Positions 1 through 12,500 of a stretch of DNA of 62,000 bases are shown piece by piece. Source of the DNA: Acanthaster planci (taxonomy: Eukaryota). The first letter of the stretch is position 1. Each line of letters begins with the position of its first letter. Made by a program: the position numbers and the translations under genes. The notes beneath the pieces are model-generated. The model saw only the letters and a list, made by a program, of their open reading frames with translations, had not been told where the DNA came from and searched no databases. The stretch covers positions 558,001 to 620,000 of the forward strand of contig NW_019091400.1 of the NCBI RefSeq assembly GCF_001949145.1. The letters run 5' to 3'.

Positions 1-146
1 CGTGCAAGCTTCTTGCGCAGGATATTATTCGTGGCAGGAAGTAACGTGACGCGGAAAGGTCGTACCCTTGGGAGCGACGTCGAAATTATATGACCTCCGC
101 TTGTACAGCGAGTGCACGAGTTCGGTTTGAAATTTATCAGTGGTGT

Positions 147-325
147 ATGGCCGCCAAAATTGCGTTACGTCGTCCCGTCGCCACTACGCGACGCCACGAC
201 CTGACATACAGTACGGCTCTGTCGCGTCGTGCCGTTGCGTCACCTCCTTTCTCATTACTTTTAACGGAGACGTCGTAGTGGTACGTCGGGGCGACGGGAC
301 GACGCAACGCAATTTTGGCAGCCAT
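147..325. repeat. Imperfect inverted repeat (about 54-bp arms, 147-200 and 272-325) in a CpG-rich segment; probable palindromic MITE/foldback fragment
   Basis: atggccgccaaaattgcgttacgtcgtcccgtcgcc... is mirrored by ...ggcgacgggacgacgcaacgcaattttggcagccat; this is why both strands give an ORF containing MAAKIALRRPVA. Confidence 0.8.
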
Positions 326-3165
326 GGAACACCCGTAGAAAACTACCCACAGCCTTGCCTGCGCTTTGACGGTGACGCTGTACAGGGCAGATAACAGCTC
401 GTCCTTTCATAGTTCCTGCGTAATTCTGAGCATGCGCGCACACACTCAAACCTGACATAAACACACAGCTAGTCAGGATCAAAGATCGTATAGCGACGCT
501 ACGCGGCGCAAGATGGGGAACTTCACCATGAATACGCCTAAAACGTTGTTGTCACATAGGCGCCATTCTGGTTGGACTACGACTGCTCAGTGCATGTTAA
601 TGCGCAGGCGCAGGCGCTGCGACAGGCACGCACACACATGAACGTTCACACTCGAATGGCGCTCATGGTGATAACACCTTTATGGCCGAATTACCCATCT
701 TGCGCCGCTACGCTGCGCTATATAATCGTTGGTCTGGACACCGGACCCGATGATTCTGACTACTCTACGAATCAAGGATCCGGTAGCACCCAATGTCCAC
801 CTGACCAAGACTGATGGAATTCCTCCAGTTTTTCCGGAAATAGCCAAAGTTCCGAAGTCGTCCAGTTTATATTTGGCATGTTCGGATGGTACTGTTGGTG
901 TTCGGTTATTCCAGGCCGAGTAGGTAGGCTAGCTGTTATACGTAAACTCCGGTATCCTAGTGGCAACTGTTTATCCTATACCAGGCAAGATATGGGACGG
1001 AGGGGTACCCCCCTTTACCTGTCCAAATCCTATACACACTCTAGATTATTGTTACCTAACACATCCCCCCTAGAAGTCTGTAAAGAATTCCTGAGATTCC
1101 CATCAAACAATGACCAACACAAAGGCGCGGGGGGGGGGTTCTTTCCGTCCCATATCTTGCTTCAAATAGTTTATCCTACAATATTTAACTGTATACACTG
1201 AAATCGAAGGCCTACTCGGTAATCTCTCTCGAGGAGAATCTAGGAGGAATAAGGACCGGATGACTACTGGCAACAATACACATACAGGGTGTACCACTGT
1301 AATGAAATCGAAAACACCCGGGCTCTCAACTTGTGACCCCCGACCCTTGCGTCATATCTATTTATATCCATGGGTGATTCCTGACCTAAGATTTTTTTAT
1401 TAAGAGTCGTCAGGGAATCGTTGGGCATGGAACCAGACTAGTCACACAGCGAGCCTCGGAACCCTCTCGCGGTCCGCCTACGGGTATTTTTGAAGAGGCC
1501 GTCCTATCACGCTCGATAATAATTGGAAGAATGATTCCTAAACTGAAACCACCCCATGAAACATTCATGTTGGAATTTTACCTTTGTCTTCATCAACTAA
1601 CATTTGGGAAAAGTCACCTTGAGATCAGTAAGAACGAATTTTAGGAACGATCTTCATTTCTGGCAATATCATTCCCAGGTCTCCTTGTTCATGTATATTT
1701 GTTTTCAATGCCTGTGCTAAAACGACAACGTTGCAAAGATTTACCTATTAGCAGTTGATGGGTTCGGGATTCCATTGAGTTGACATGACGCAGTTCTTAT
1801 CAGCAAAGGTTAGCTAAGTATTACAACCTTTCGTAAAACTATGTAATGGCTTTACGTTTCTTTCCTTGTAAATTTAAAAAAGCGCAAAATATTTTGATCT
1901 GTTTTTATTTTGACTTTTACCGACACACTACCATAACGTTTAATTCCGTAAATGTTCATCTGCGTACGAGACCGCCCGATTGCAATGCTCTTCATGTATT
2001 ATTTTAGGAAGTGACGGGCCTATTTTGGCAGGATATTTCTCTTTTTGGGTCAGGTATTTCAGTTTCTATAAATTGATATGTTAGCAGATTGTTTCAAAAG
2101 GCCTTTTTCAGAGTTTGATTTTTTATATAACTGAACGAAAAATTTTACAAATTCTACATTTTGGCAAAGTTTTTTCCATCGAAGGGTTCCGGAAGCACGC
2201 AGTCATGGGTCAACTTTCAGGCTCTGTGGCGAGCAACTCCAGCTTAACCGTTATGAGCTGCTGGGGGGCCGTTATATTTGCATGCCGCCCCCATGCGTCT
2301 CCAAAAAGTCTCCTGTTGACACGCAATGTGGCCTATATAGACCCCATGCTTTCCTTCTTCGTGTGAAACCCCTTTTGGCTCCCGGAAAATTTGTTTCAAA
2401 CTCTTGCAGACAATTCGTGCCTCGAATCAGCAATTCATCGTCTTACATAGGTGCACTTACACAAACTTGAAGTAGTGAACATGAAAGTGATCAATGGGCT
2501 ATAGATAATTCGTTTCCTCTTCGCCGACGGTTAGGAACTCTGAATGAGAATTGCTAACGTGGCGGTTTCTTTATGCCCGAAAAGAAATTGTTCGATTGCC
2601 GTAACTGCAAGGACTGACGGTAGTGAAAATCATGTACCAGGGCGCGTTACCATGGCACTTGCTGTATCAGTTAGGATTGACTGGAGGCTATTGATTCTGT
2701 ATGTAGGGCAAGGATTTCATCACAGAACCACTGTTGATGACACTCTTATGCTTGGTCCAAAGTGGAGGAGACTACCTCAGCACCTAAACGACTGTTGCCT
2801 TGAAGCTAGAGTGATAGAATGACGATATATAAAAACGGATAACTTGGCTGATCAGTATTAACGAGAGATGAATTGTGTCAGTCTCCACTTCATAGATTTT
2901 TTTTTCGCTACTCAACGTAGCCTTCTCGTCGGGAGCAAAAGTAATGTCTTTTGTTGAATGGTGAACAGCTTTACTGCAGGAATCGGCGTAGAAAGGTTAT
3001 TTTAGTCACATTCATTTCAAGCGAAACAAATAGAGTTCAACTACGCACCGTGTCGCATTCTGCAATCATTCGCGAGACAGGCTGATAATTTCTCCGTGCC
3101 GGGCATAAACTAGGCTGATGTGAAACGTCCGCGTGTACCTGTAACAGCCGGAAATTGCACTATTT

Positions 3166-3717
3166 ATGCCGACGGAACAATATGCATCACTTATGGCGAC
3201 CCAAATCGCAGTGCGCGTAATTCTTGCTCTTGTGATTCAGGCCGGGTTCCAGATTAGCGTGGAGGGCAAGTGCAACATCACCATTGCTAAGCTGCGGAAT
3301 GAAGCTCGACGCTGTCAACCTCCCTGGCTTGTGTGGGGAAATCATTGCTACTTGAGTATTGCACTGGGGTCGAGTTACTACAATTTCTACGATGCCGAAC
3401 GCAGCTGTCAGCGGTTTGTCCAGCCTGGTGGGGGAGAGGTTCACCTTGCGTGGGTAACCAGCGGGGAAGAAAACCAGTTCTTACGATTGTACGCGACTGC
3501 CGCCGGGAATCCCGGTTTCTGGATTGGATACCAATTCGTCACCACACGGTTCAGCTGGGTGGATGGGACCACTGAGATCGGGTACGAGAACTGGGCTGAC
3601 GGAGGCTACGCAGCAGGTGGAGGCCGTTGTGTGGCTGTCTGGGGAGGTCTGTGGTATTCTTCTTGGTGTTCCAATGCCAACGGTTTCGTGTGCAAAATGG
3701 CGATTGCACAATATTGA
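3166..3717 (+). CDS. Secreted single-domain C-type lectin-like protein, single coding exon (probable start ATG 3193 or 3166)
   Basis: Hydrophobic signal peptide (IAVRVILALVIQAGFQISVEG), long-form CTLD signature CxxxWxxWxxHCY...A.RSC...HLAWVTSGEENQFL...FWIG...FSWVDGT...YENW...C.....LW...WC....FVCK. Confidence 0.9.
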   Translation: MPTEQYASLMATQIAVRVILALVIQAGFQISVEGKCNITIAKLRNEARRCQPPWLVWGNHCYLSIALGSSYYNFYDAERSCQRFVQPGGGEVHLAWVTSGEENQFLRLYATAAGNPGFWIGYQFVTTRFSWVDGTTEIGYENWADGGYAAGGGRCVAVWGGLWYSSWCSNANGFVCKMAIAQY

Positions 3718-4847
3718 AAACCATTTTCTCTACAAAGGGACCAAATTGAAATACATGTATGTATCTAAAAGATGACTGAAAGGGTAGGTTTTGAGCAAAT
3801 TCATAACCACATCTTAATTATAATCTCACTGTACTAATTCTTACAAACGGCTCACTGGAAACATTGCAGTACAGAAACAGCTTTGTCAAAGGTTCACATA
3901 ATCTTAATGGATGTGAATTCTTAACATGTTACCTTGTTGGTATTACTTGATCTGAGTGCTGCGTTTGATAGAGTTGACTAGATAACGTCCTGTATGTGTT
4001 AGACTCCTATTTAAATTTGACGTATCGTGTACACCTTTGGATTGGCTTTGTTAATATTTATCCAGAAGCCACCAGCGCATGTCCAGGCATGTAAAGTATT
4101 ACTCGATGTCCGATAAATCACCATCTAAATTGCGGGGTCTCACAGGGATCTTGTTTGATGGGTCCATTGTTCTTTCCTTTGTACTCATCTATACTGTTTG
4201 ATATGGCTAACCGCCACTTTCCTAGTGATGTTCATCGTTATAAAACGATACCTGACTGTATTTTTGGTACTTTGGACAGGCTGTGACTGCTGTATATTGT
4301 ATCCATGAAATACGGCAGTGGGTGTTACGCGATAAGTCTGATGATAAATGAATCCAATTTCTGGCCAGTGCCCCTATAGTTTCTTGTGGTAAAAGGCATT
4401 GTTCCCCCCCCCCCGCGAAAAATGGTGAGACTGTGTAAATCTTTGCCAGGAACGACTCCCTGTTCTCTTTGGGCTTGCATCGGAGAGCAGAATGGATAAA
4501 AAAATACGGTTGAAAAATATGGCCTTTGTGGCTGAGAAAGTGAAGGATCACCACTTGAACAAGGGCTACAATCAGGCTTTGGAAAAATTACTTCCTGGGG
4601 AGTGATTTTGTTTTGTGGGAATAAATAAAGATATCATCGGTCAAAATTGAAAGATTAGGGACCAGACAATAATTTACTTTGTGTTTCAGAAACCTCAGGG
4701 ATGTTGGTGTGCATGTTATTGGGCCAAGAACAGTACCAATTTTGAACTATTTTCAATGAGGCTTGAATTAGTGGAATAAACCCCTAGTCTCTTTGTGTTG
4801 TCCGCAGTAGTGTTATTTCAGCGTACATTTTCATAGAGCAAAATATT

Positions 4848-4980
4848 TTTTTGGTTCCCTAACAAAATTTGTCGTTCCCTTAAAAGTATGGTTGTTCCCT
4901 CATCAAAATTTGTTGTTCTCCCAACAAACTTTTTTGTTCCCTCAACAAAAACCATTGTTTCCTCGACAAAACCTGTTGTT
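4848..4980. repeat. Degenerate tandem array of about 21-bp units (consensus near aacaaaatttgttgttccctc), block 1
   Basis: About 6 consecutive units, e.g. aacaaaatttgtcgttccctt, atcaaaatttgttgttctccc, aacaaacttttttgttccctc. Confidence 0.8.
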
Positions 4981-5580
4981 ATACCACGGTCGTAGTCAAT
5001 TTTTATTGGTCGCGAACTGATCACGTGATGTGCCACAAGCGCGCTTGTTTCATCCACGCGTCGCGCCCACTAACGATAAAATGATGGGCAACTGTGATCG
5101 TTCTCCCAGTTGATGTGTCTTGTCTTCTGCGTTGTAATTCGGGTGTAATTTTGGGTACGAGGGTGGATAGCTGCGATGGTACGAGAACGCACCAATTATT
5201 AATAGGAGATGTGCTCTCTGTGGAGGACATTAAAGCACTGTTGCTGTTCGTATGCGCCACTCTCTTCACTCTGAACATGGCGCTCATGCCACTTTCTCTT
5301 TTCGTCTGCTCTTGTCAGGACTTGTCAGGACTTTTCAACAGTATTTGGTGTAAATAAATTCTTGAAATTCTGATCGACGAACCCCCCAGTGCTTTATGAA
5401 TCCCAGGTTTCTCTGTTTGTTATAAATCCTACACCCCCCCAGAGGTAAACAAAGAACATCACAATCAATAATTTCCCTTGAAATTAATATCTAATTCATT
5501 GTTCACGTGTTTCAATTTGCCAAAGTGTTTTTAATTTATCTTGCATAAGATCGTTCCAGTGAAATCTTTGACCATGGTGT

Positions 5581-5680
5581 AACAAGTTGTTCCCTCAACA
5601 CAAACGGTTGTTCTTTCAACAAAATTTGTTGTTTCTTCAATAAAAATGGTTGTTCCCTCAGCAAACTTTGTTCAACAAAG
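5581..5680. repeat. Degenerate tandem array of about 21-bp units, block 2 (same family and orientation as 4848-4980)
   Basis: Units aacacaaacggttgttctttc, aacaaaatttgttgtttcttc, aataaaaatggttgttccctc. Confidence 0.75.
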
Positions 5681-7820
5681 TGCGTTCGCCGACACTTCAT
5701 ATACATTTTTTTTCCTACTATGTCCCTCAAAAAAAAAAAACCAAACAAACACCGCACTGGACAGACTAGTTTTTAGTGGGTGACACGGGTCAATGATGCA
5801 GTGCGCACGAAAAGTATATGCGTGGATTACTACAGCAAATAACTTAACTCAAAATTATAGTGGCCCAGGAGGGACATCGCCATTGACGTCAGTATTTGCA
5901 ATCAAATTTACGACCCTGTCTTTGGTCGCAAATATTGACGCCAATATTCAAGACCGAATTCACGACTTGCTCTCTGTTTTTTGTCTAAGTATTTAACCCC
6001 CCCCATCAAAATGAACTTCATTACGTGCTATCTCAATACTTTCGCAAAGGGCACGACGGACAACATATTTCCTCTTTGTCACACCTCTGTCTTGAATTCT
6101 TTTTGTTCATTGGCTCGGGACAATAACGTGAAGGCGTGACATTAACGATTGTTACCTTCTGTGTAGGATAGGAGTTCATGTTGTGCAAAACCCATGGAAT
6201 CCGTCACAGTAGGCGTGACTGCATCTGCATTTTACATTCACCCTATAGTCATTACATCAGCCAATGTTGTGATATCAGGCACGCGCAAACATGCGCCCCC
6301 GCACATACGTGTACAATATAATGCAGGGCCGCTAACTGAACGATTTCTTTGTAGCCTTGAATTTCCCTTTGGAAAACAAGTGAAAAATATGATAAAAAGA
6401 GACACATGCGTCTGTTGGGTTTTCAAACGACATATCCCACTTCACGGCACTCAGCACTAGTCAACGATTCTATGTTGAGGGCGGCCTTCAAAAAATTCGC
6501 TACTTGCTTGGTGGCGCTGTGCACAATAACATTCAGCTCTGTGTTGCGGCCATGTGACAAAATGCGCGGAACGGGACGTCGACAGCTAGATGAGGTCAGT
6601 GACGGAGGTTGTTCGATTGTCGCGCTATTTCTGAATGAGATACATTCAAGAACAAATTGGGGAGATATTCGAGGAAACGATGTGAATAACATGATACATG
6701 TACTTGTACAGACTTTGAGGCCGACACTCAAATGTACTTCAGATGTCGTTTTGGACTTTATGTGGCTTGTGAGTGATTGTTAAGAATATTTTGATTCTGT
6801 TGACAACTTTAGGCCTTAAACATCAAAAATAGGAACATGTTTAAGTCACAACTCAGCCATAGCATAGGCGTAAGCTTTACCTCAAATACTGCATGGATGA
6901 TTTTGTGCAATGGTAGAAAGGTATTGCGGGAAGGAAAATGGAGCAAACAGTGCCTTGTTTTCCATCCCACAAGGCACAATGCCTTTCTACATTTACCTTG
7001 TACAGAACAACTCATCATGCTCATGCTATCATGGCTGTGTGCTTATGTCAGCAGTTGCAATCAGGCTCAGCCAGTAGGCCTACAAGCCTTTTTCACGTTT
7101 CATGTGACCATGCTCAAAACATTTAATAGAGGGGAACAAATTCATGACAAGAACACTGTGTAGTTTTTTACGAGCTGCTGCTCGCGATTGTTATTGTTGT
7201 AGACATTCCCGTCTAGCTTTGTTCACTTACTTGCCCGGGGGTGCTAAAATCAACATGGTGACGGGCCTATAGTAACCAAGTAAACCCCGTCCCTGTCAAA
7301 ACGGCGTCCGGTCCGCCCCTTGTCGATTTTATCACTTTTTGCTTATTTTGTTCTGGTAACACCAGCCTCAATCATATTGATAAGGAAGTACCGGTGATGT
7401 GGCTAGGCCGAGGGCCCAATTGATTTTGTACAAAATCATGGAAGTAATACCCTGTTGAATTTTGATTGAATTGGTACTGGCCCTCTCACTTTTTACCATC
7501 ACTTTTTACCATCAAGAATTTCAAATGAGTACTGTATTTTTAAAGATTATGCAATGATAGAAAGCTTCCCATTGAAATTTTAAGTATGATGTACCGGTAA
7601 TTACATGTATGTGTCAATCCATCTTCTCCGGTTGCTTTACATGGATTCAGTGAATCTGTTGCTACATGCTGAAGAAGAAGAAATACCATAACAAGGACAA
7701 TCTTCATCGTTTCTGACCGCAATAATTCCAGCAGCCGGGGATGGATATGTACATGTAGCATGATGGCGTGTGGGTTTCTTTGAATAGGTACTGCCTGTCT
7801 ATACTCTTTGTACTTTGCAG

Positions 7821-7939
7821 TGGGCCTGCTGTACCCAGTCAAACAAAATTACACAGGTAAAGACCTGTTGGAGTTTGTGTGATTGGGTACTGTTGCAGCA
7901 GGAGGTACTGTTGAAGTCTGTGGGATTGGGTACTGTGAG
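7821..7939 (+). other. TWNK: Candidate 5'UTR (non-coding) exon of TWNK
   Basis: Pyrimidine tract + CAG acceptor (ctctttgtactttgcag) and strong donor GAG|gtaaga; the first TWNK coding exon has its own acceptor (ttttcttatccag, ending 8859), which implies upstream exons. Confidence 0.4.
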
Positions 7940-8025
7940 GTAAGAGTGTTTTCCCAAGGTGATGAAGTTTTTGTGATTGGGGAAGGTTAGGTCCAGCAAC
8001 CCTTGGGTGGTCAGGGTTAATAATT

Positions 8026-8332
8026 GCAAACTTCCTTGAACACCAATTTGTGCATTGGTAGATATGTGTACTTTATTAATGCTGTCTGTCTCCTTTTCTT
8101 GAACGGAGTGGGGGTAGGGGTACCAATATGTTGGTCATATTTGTGTGCTAGGCCTAGAAATTTATGAAAATCAATTTACCAAAGGCCTATCATGCAAGTT
8201 AACCCCAACTCCGTTCAAGAAAAGGAGACAGACAGCATAGAAAAATGGGTTTATTTCATTGGCCCACTGTGCTGTGTATTAATAAAGTACGCATATCTAC
8301 CAGTGCACAAATTGGTGTTCAAAGAAGTTTGC
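8026..8332. mobile_element. MITE/foldback element with about 85-bp inverted arms (the right arm has about 40 extra bp)
   Basis: 8026-8113 (gcaaacttccttgaacaccaatttgtgc...ttgaacggagt) is the reverse complement of about 8207-8237 plus 8278-8332, with few mismatches. Confidence 0.8.
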
Positions 8333-8389
8333 TAAATGCATTTAGGCAGGTTGACGCGGTGGTTCTTTCCTCTCCTTCCAACTTTGTGG

Positions 8390-8492
8390 TCCGTGTTCGA
8401 AGCCTGGCATGGTCCACACGTGGGTTAGGTTTTTAGCCCCTTACCTGATTCTGTGGGCTTTTACCCAGATTGTCCTGGGGTTTTCCTCTACC
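8390..8492 (+). mobile_element. Degenerate tRNA-derived SINE-like fragment (homologous copy at about 17640-17745)
   Basis: B-box-like gttcgaagcc followed by ...gtccacacgtgggttaggttt...ctgattctgtgggc...acccaga...ggttttcctc, alignable with 17645-17740. Confidence 0.5.
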
Positions 8493-8863
8493 TTTAGCTT
8501 GCGAGCTACTGTGCCTAGGGCCCTTTTGAGGAATCCTTAGTGCTATTACCAAAAACGATTATAACGTTGTTCATTCACATGTACTTCTACGTGTCAGACT
8601 GATAAATATTTCCCACAAATCTTGCCTTCTCTGAGGCTCTGCTGCTTGATGCTACCATTTCAATGGCAAATGATCAAACTAGTCACTTCATAAACTGCAT
8701 ACGTGTACAAATCCTTATAGTTACACTAACTACGCATCTGACCATTCACGGTACTTATGGGTTAAGGAATTGATTTTGACAAACTATCCTGCTTAGGAAC
8801 ATACGTACCCCAACCCCACAGCACCATAAATGTCCAGATAATTTTGTTTTCTTATCCAGGTGA

Positions 8864-9578
8864 ATGTGTAGTGCCAAGATGCAACAACTTTCAAGGGTGA
8901 AATCTTCACTAAGCCTGCAGCCCCAATCGTGCTTGAAAAGTTTCACTGATTGGGTAGGGGCTGTGGTTGCCATGACTGCCGCCATCAGTGGGAACCAACG
9001 CCACAACAATATGCATCCATGCACCATGAAAGGCACAGCAGTCTGCAAAACGTACAATGCTTTTGTCTGTAGTAAAAAATCTCTCCTGTTGGGATGGCGA
9101 AGATACTCTGCGAGACTGAAATACACAAAAGCAAAGAACTTCTCAAAGTTGGTCCACTCCAAAACAGTACTGCCCATTGCTCCTGGTAGGACTTCAACGG
9201 TTTTGTCAGGTCGTGCGATACGTGTAGGCAAGTCGTCATCCATGCTGCACGACTACTGCGCTGGGAGCATCCTCAGTCCATCAAATACCCAAAGACTTGC
9301 AAGCCCCAAGCCATGGACATCTCCACCGAGACAGGGCTGCATCCCCGACAGAACACTCAGCACTTCTAGCACGTCGGCACCAACGCGCACGACGTTCAAC
9401 TCGGTGGAGGAGGTACAGGTGCCCACATTGACCGATATGAAGCGGCACCTGAAGAATGCGGAAATTGATTTCCAGACGGGCTATACCTGCTTGATGGCGG
9501 CCTGCCCGTTCTGCCGTGCCGCAAGTGCAGATTCACATCGCAGAGATGCTCAAACAATGTACATCAACATGACAACTG
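8864..9578 (+). CDS. TWNK: TWNK coding exon 1 (presequence-like extension plus start of zinc-binding-like domain, CPFC...MYINMTTG)
   Basis: In-frame TGA immediately before ATG 8864; donor G|gtacgt; phase 1. The true start Met is uncertain (8864, 8879 or further downstream). Confidence 0.8.
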
Positions 9579-12500
9579 GTACGTTGACCAAACAGATCAT
9601 GAAAATACTAACCCCCTTCGTAGCTTCCTTGTTCACATTCTTTGTAATATATTGAAGAACATGCTTTGGTGTATAAGGCTGTGCCTGACTTACTTTGCTT
9701 GAGGTTGGAATCACACATGTGTCTGTGATTGTGGCAGCAGCCACTGCCCAAAGAGTCATAATGTAATCCCAAGCCACTACTGTCTATTTTGGACATGGCC
9801 TAAGTCCATAGTTGTAATTTTGTGTGGGAAAAAAACAATGATCATACTGGAGTGCATGGGTCGATGCATTTTCAACACACAAAACAAGGCTGGAGAGAGG
9901 TAATACCAGTACAATGTACGTGTGGGTTGAAGTGGCTGATTCAAGGCAACAGCCTGTGGCCAACAGCTGGGCACGAACCCCCATACCCACTGAATGTGAG
10001 TGAAAAACCTGAATGCTCATTGACAGAACAGATTTCCAGGTTAACTGGATTATTTGGCTGGAATTGTTTTGTTTGACCAGGCCACTGTGTCTGCCAGTGC
10101 ACCCGGGTCAGTGGCAGTTGGCAGAGCCTCCAGGACAGCATGGCCGTGGCCCAGCAACGAGGCTGCCCGGACCCATCCTCCTTCCCGAATCCCACTGCCA
10201 CTGCTGATGAGGGGGACGTGAGGGGTCACAGGTTGGGCCTGGCCAGGGTCCAGGAGGTGTGGGAAGGAGCCATGGAGCTGAGCTTGTGCAAGGGAGCCAC
10301 AATTGACCGGCTGCGGGCCACCATGGGCATAGAGGTGAGAAGTAGATCCTGTGACCTGGACATTCTTGCAAGCCAGGGAAGTTGTTACCATGTACGGTGT
10401 GTCATAAATACAACCCCCGGCAGAGTGTATCAAAATGTTTAACCTAGTGATTAATTAGTGCATGATTGCTCCTAGAGGGATTTAATAATCTCTGACCAAT
10501 AACACTGTTGGTTTTCAGAAAGTTTCATAATCCAGAACAATGTCAGATTGGCATACGATTGTCTCATAGTGGTACAGATTTGAATCAGATCCTTTTGATT
10601 TTCTTGCATAGCAAATCCCAAGGGACACTCTGGAGCAATTCAATATAAAGTATTGCAAGAAACAGCGGGCATTCGTTCTGCCCTTATACGGTCACAACAA
10701 ACAGCTGCAAGGGGTCAAAGTGCTAGAGGTCAAGAAGGTCAAGGAGGGATTTGAAGTCGCCGAGATGCTGTACCCAAGGTCAGTGGGAGTAGATCAACTT
10801 TCCTGCAAGCTGGATTTCTGCCGGTTGATGCCAGGAGATACCCGATTTCTCTCAATTATTTGCCTTCTGTCAAACAAAATTTTATTTTACTGAGCACTTT
10901 AACTGTACTTTTACTTTTACATCGGTACCCTGTGTTTTGTGAAAGTGAAGGGTCTGTTCAGTTCTAACCTCATCAAAGGCTTTCAAAAACGGGGTTGGAA
11001 TTCAGTAAAAATAGGGCGTTAAGGTTTCCAGAAATTTTGCATCCTGTTCAAAGGAAGTGAAAGTAACGTTTTGGATCATGTTTTCCTATGTTTAAGTTTT
11101 CAATTTTGTTTCGGTCCATTCAGACGTGACCAGAGCGGCTTGTTTGGTTACCACCTCATTGGCCCACGGGATGGAGAGATGGTCCTGGTAGCCGGTGTCT
11201 TAGATGCTCTAGCTGTCCATCAGATGACTGGAGGGACAGTACTCGCTCTTCCTAATGGCAGTGCGTCCTTGCAGCAAGAGGTATCAAATTTTCACTTGTT
11301 CCCGGTTAAGCTGTGTCGGAAATGGACTTTATGAGAGCTACAGCTATTGTCCCTGTGTTTGTAACTGGCAGATCTAGCTTTGGACACAAGATTCGGGTGA
11401 GGCCTTAATTGGCCAGAAGAGCCCATGGAAGTGGTTACCAACTGTACATTGCAAACCTGAAAGTTTGGCTAAGTTTCACACAAAGAAGAACTGTTGTGTT
11501 CATAATTCTTGTCCAATTCTTGGTCCGAACTCAGTTTTATTGTAACACTATTTTGCCATATATAAAGCAGCAAAGGCTTTGCCTATTGTGTAAATACATG
11601 TACCTCATGCAGTTCTGTGGTCTTTGCCTAAGATTCATGAGAATGATTCTTCTGTTTGATTTCCAAGCTTCTCCCACTGTTGGAGCAGTTCCACAAGATC
11701 ACCCTCTGGTTTGGCAACGACATGAGGTCTTGGGAGGCCGCTAAGCAGTTTGCTCGCAAGCTGAACACAAAACGCTGCTACTTCATCAGGTGTGGCATGT
11801 CAGTCAATGAGGAACCATTGAGCATGACATACTGTTTTACAAGTTTCTACAAGCAACAGTTACATCATATGGGTCATTCTATAAATTAGGGGCCCAATTT
11901 TTTTGTCCCTTTTACATCTGAAATGTGATTTTGTGAGTTCAGAACACAGATTGATGAATTGATGCCAATTACCAACAAAACAAATAAAAATATTTTGAAA
12001 TCAATTTCAGTGATATTTCCATGTCAAATTTACACAGTTAAGGTGTAACAGGAACACAAATATGTCACACTGTTATACCCTGAGTTTATGGAATGACCCA
12101 TATGTGTTGTATGGACAAAACAAGATTTGAGCCTCCAAATTATATATTTCCAAATATTCAAAATGGTTTCTGCAGTCTCTTAGTTTCTGTTTTTCTCACT
12201 ATCAAAGTTTACATGAGACTTGCCAATGTGAATATTTCAAATTGCTCTTCCCCAAGAGTTACGCCGTATACCACCCTGTGCACATTTGGGTCTGTGAAAT
12301 TGTGGAAAGAAATCCTCCAGATTACTTGAGTTGGATTCAAGCCCACTGCTTTCTCCGGACTTGGTCAGATACCTCCCTCCTTTTCAGATATCATTCAAGT
12401 TGATAATGTTCAAGAATAGCCAGTTTTTGAATCAGCATGGACGCCACATCATTTTCACCTTGATTGATAATCCAAATTGTTTTTCACCCATACTTGTTGA

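Noticed and set aside
4848..5680. Possible CRISPR-like array
   Set aside because: Units are contiguous and degenerate with no unique spacers, no cas genes, and the context is eukaryotic.
6194..7163. Overlapping 60-125 aa ORFs upstream of TWNK; looked for a head-to-head MRPL43 as in human
   Set aside because: No recognisable homology or consistent exon structure on either strand.
9579..9655. Hydrophobic C-terminal tail of the 263-aa ORF, suggesting a membrane anchor
   Set aside because: It lies past the splice donor at 9579; Twinkle homology continues in exon 10081.
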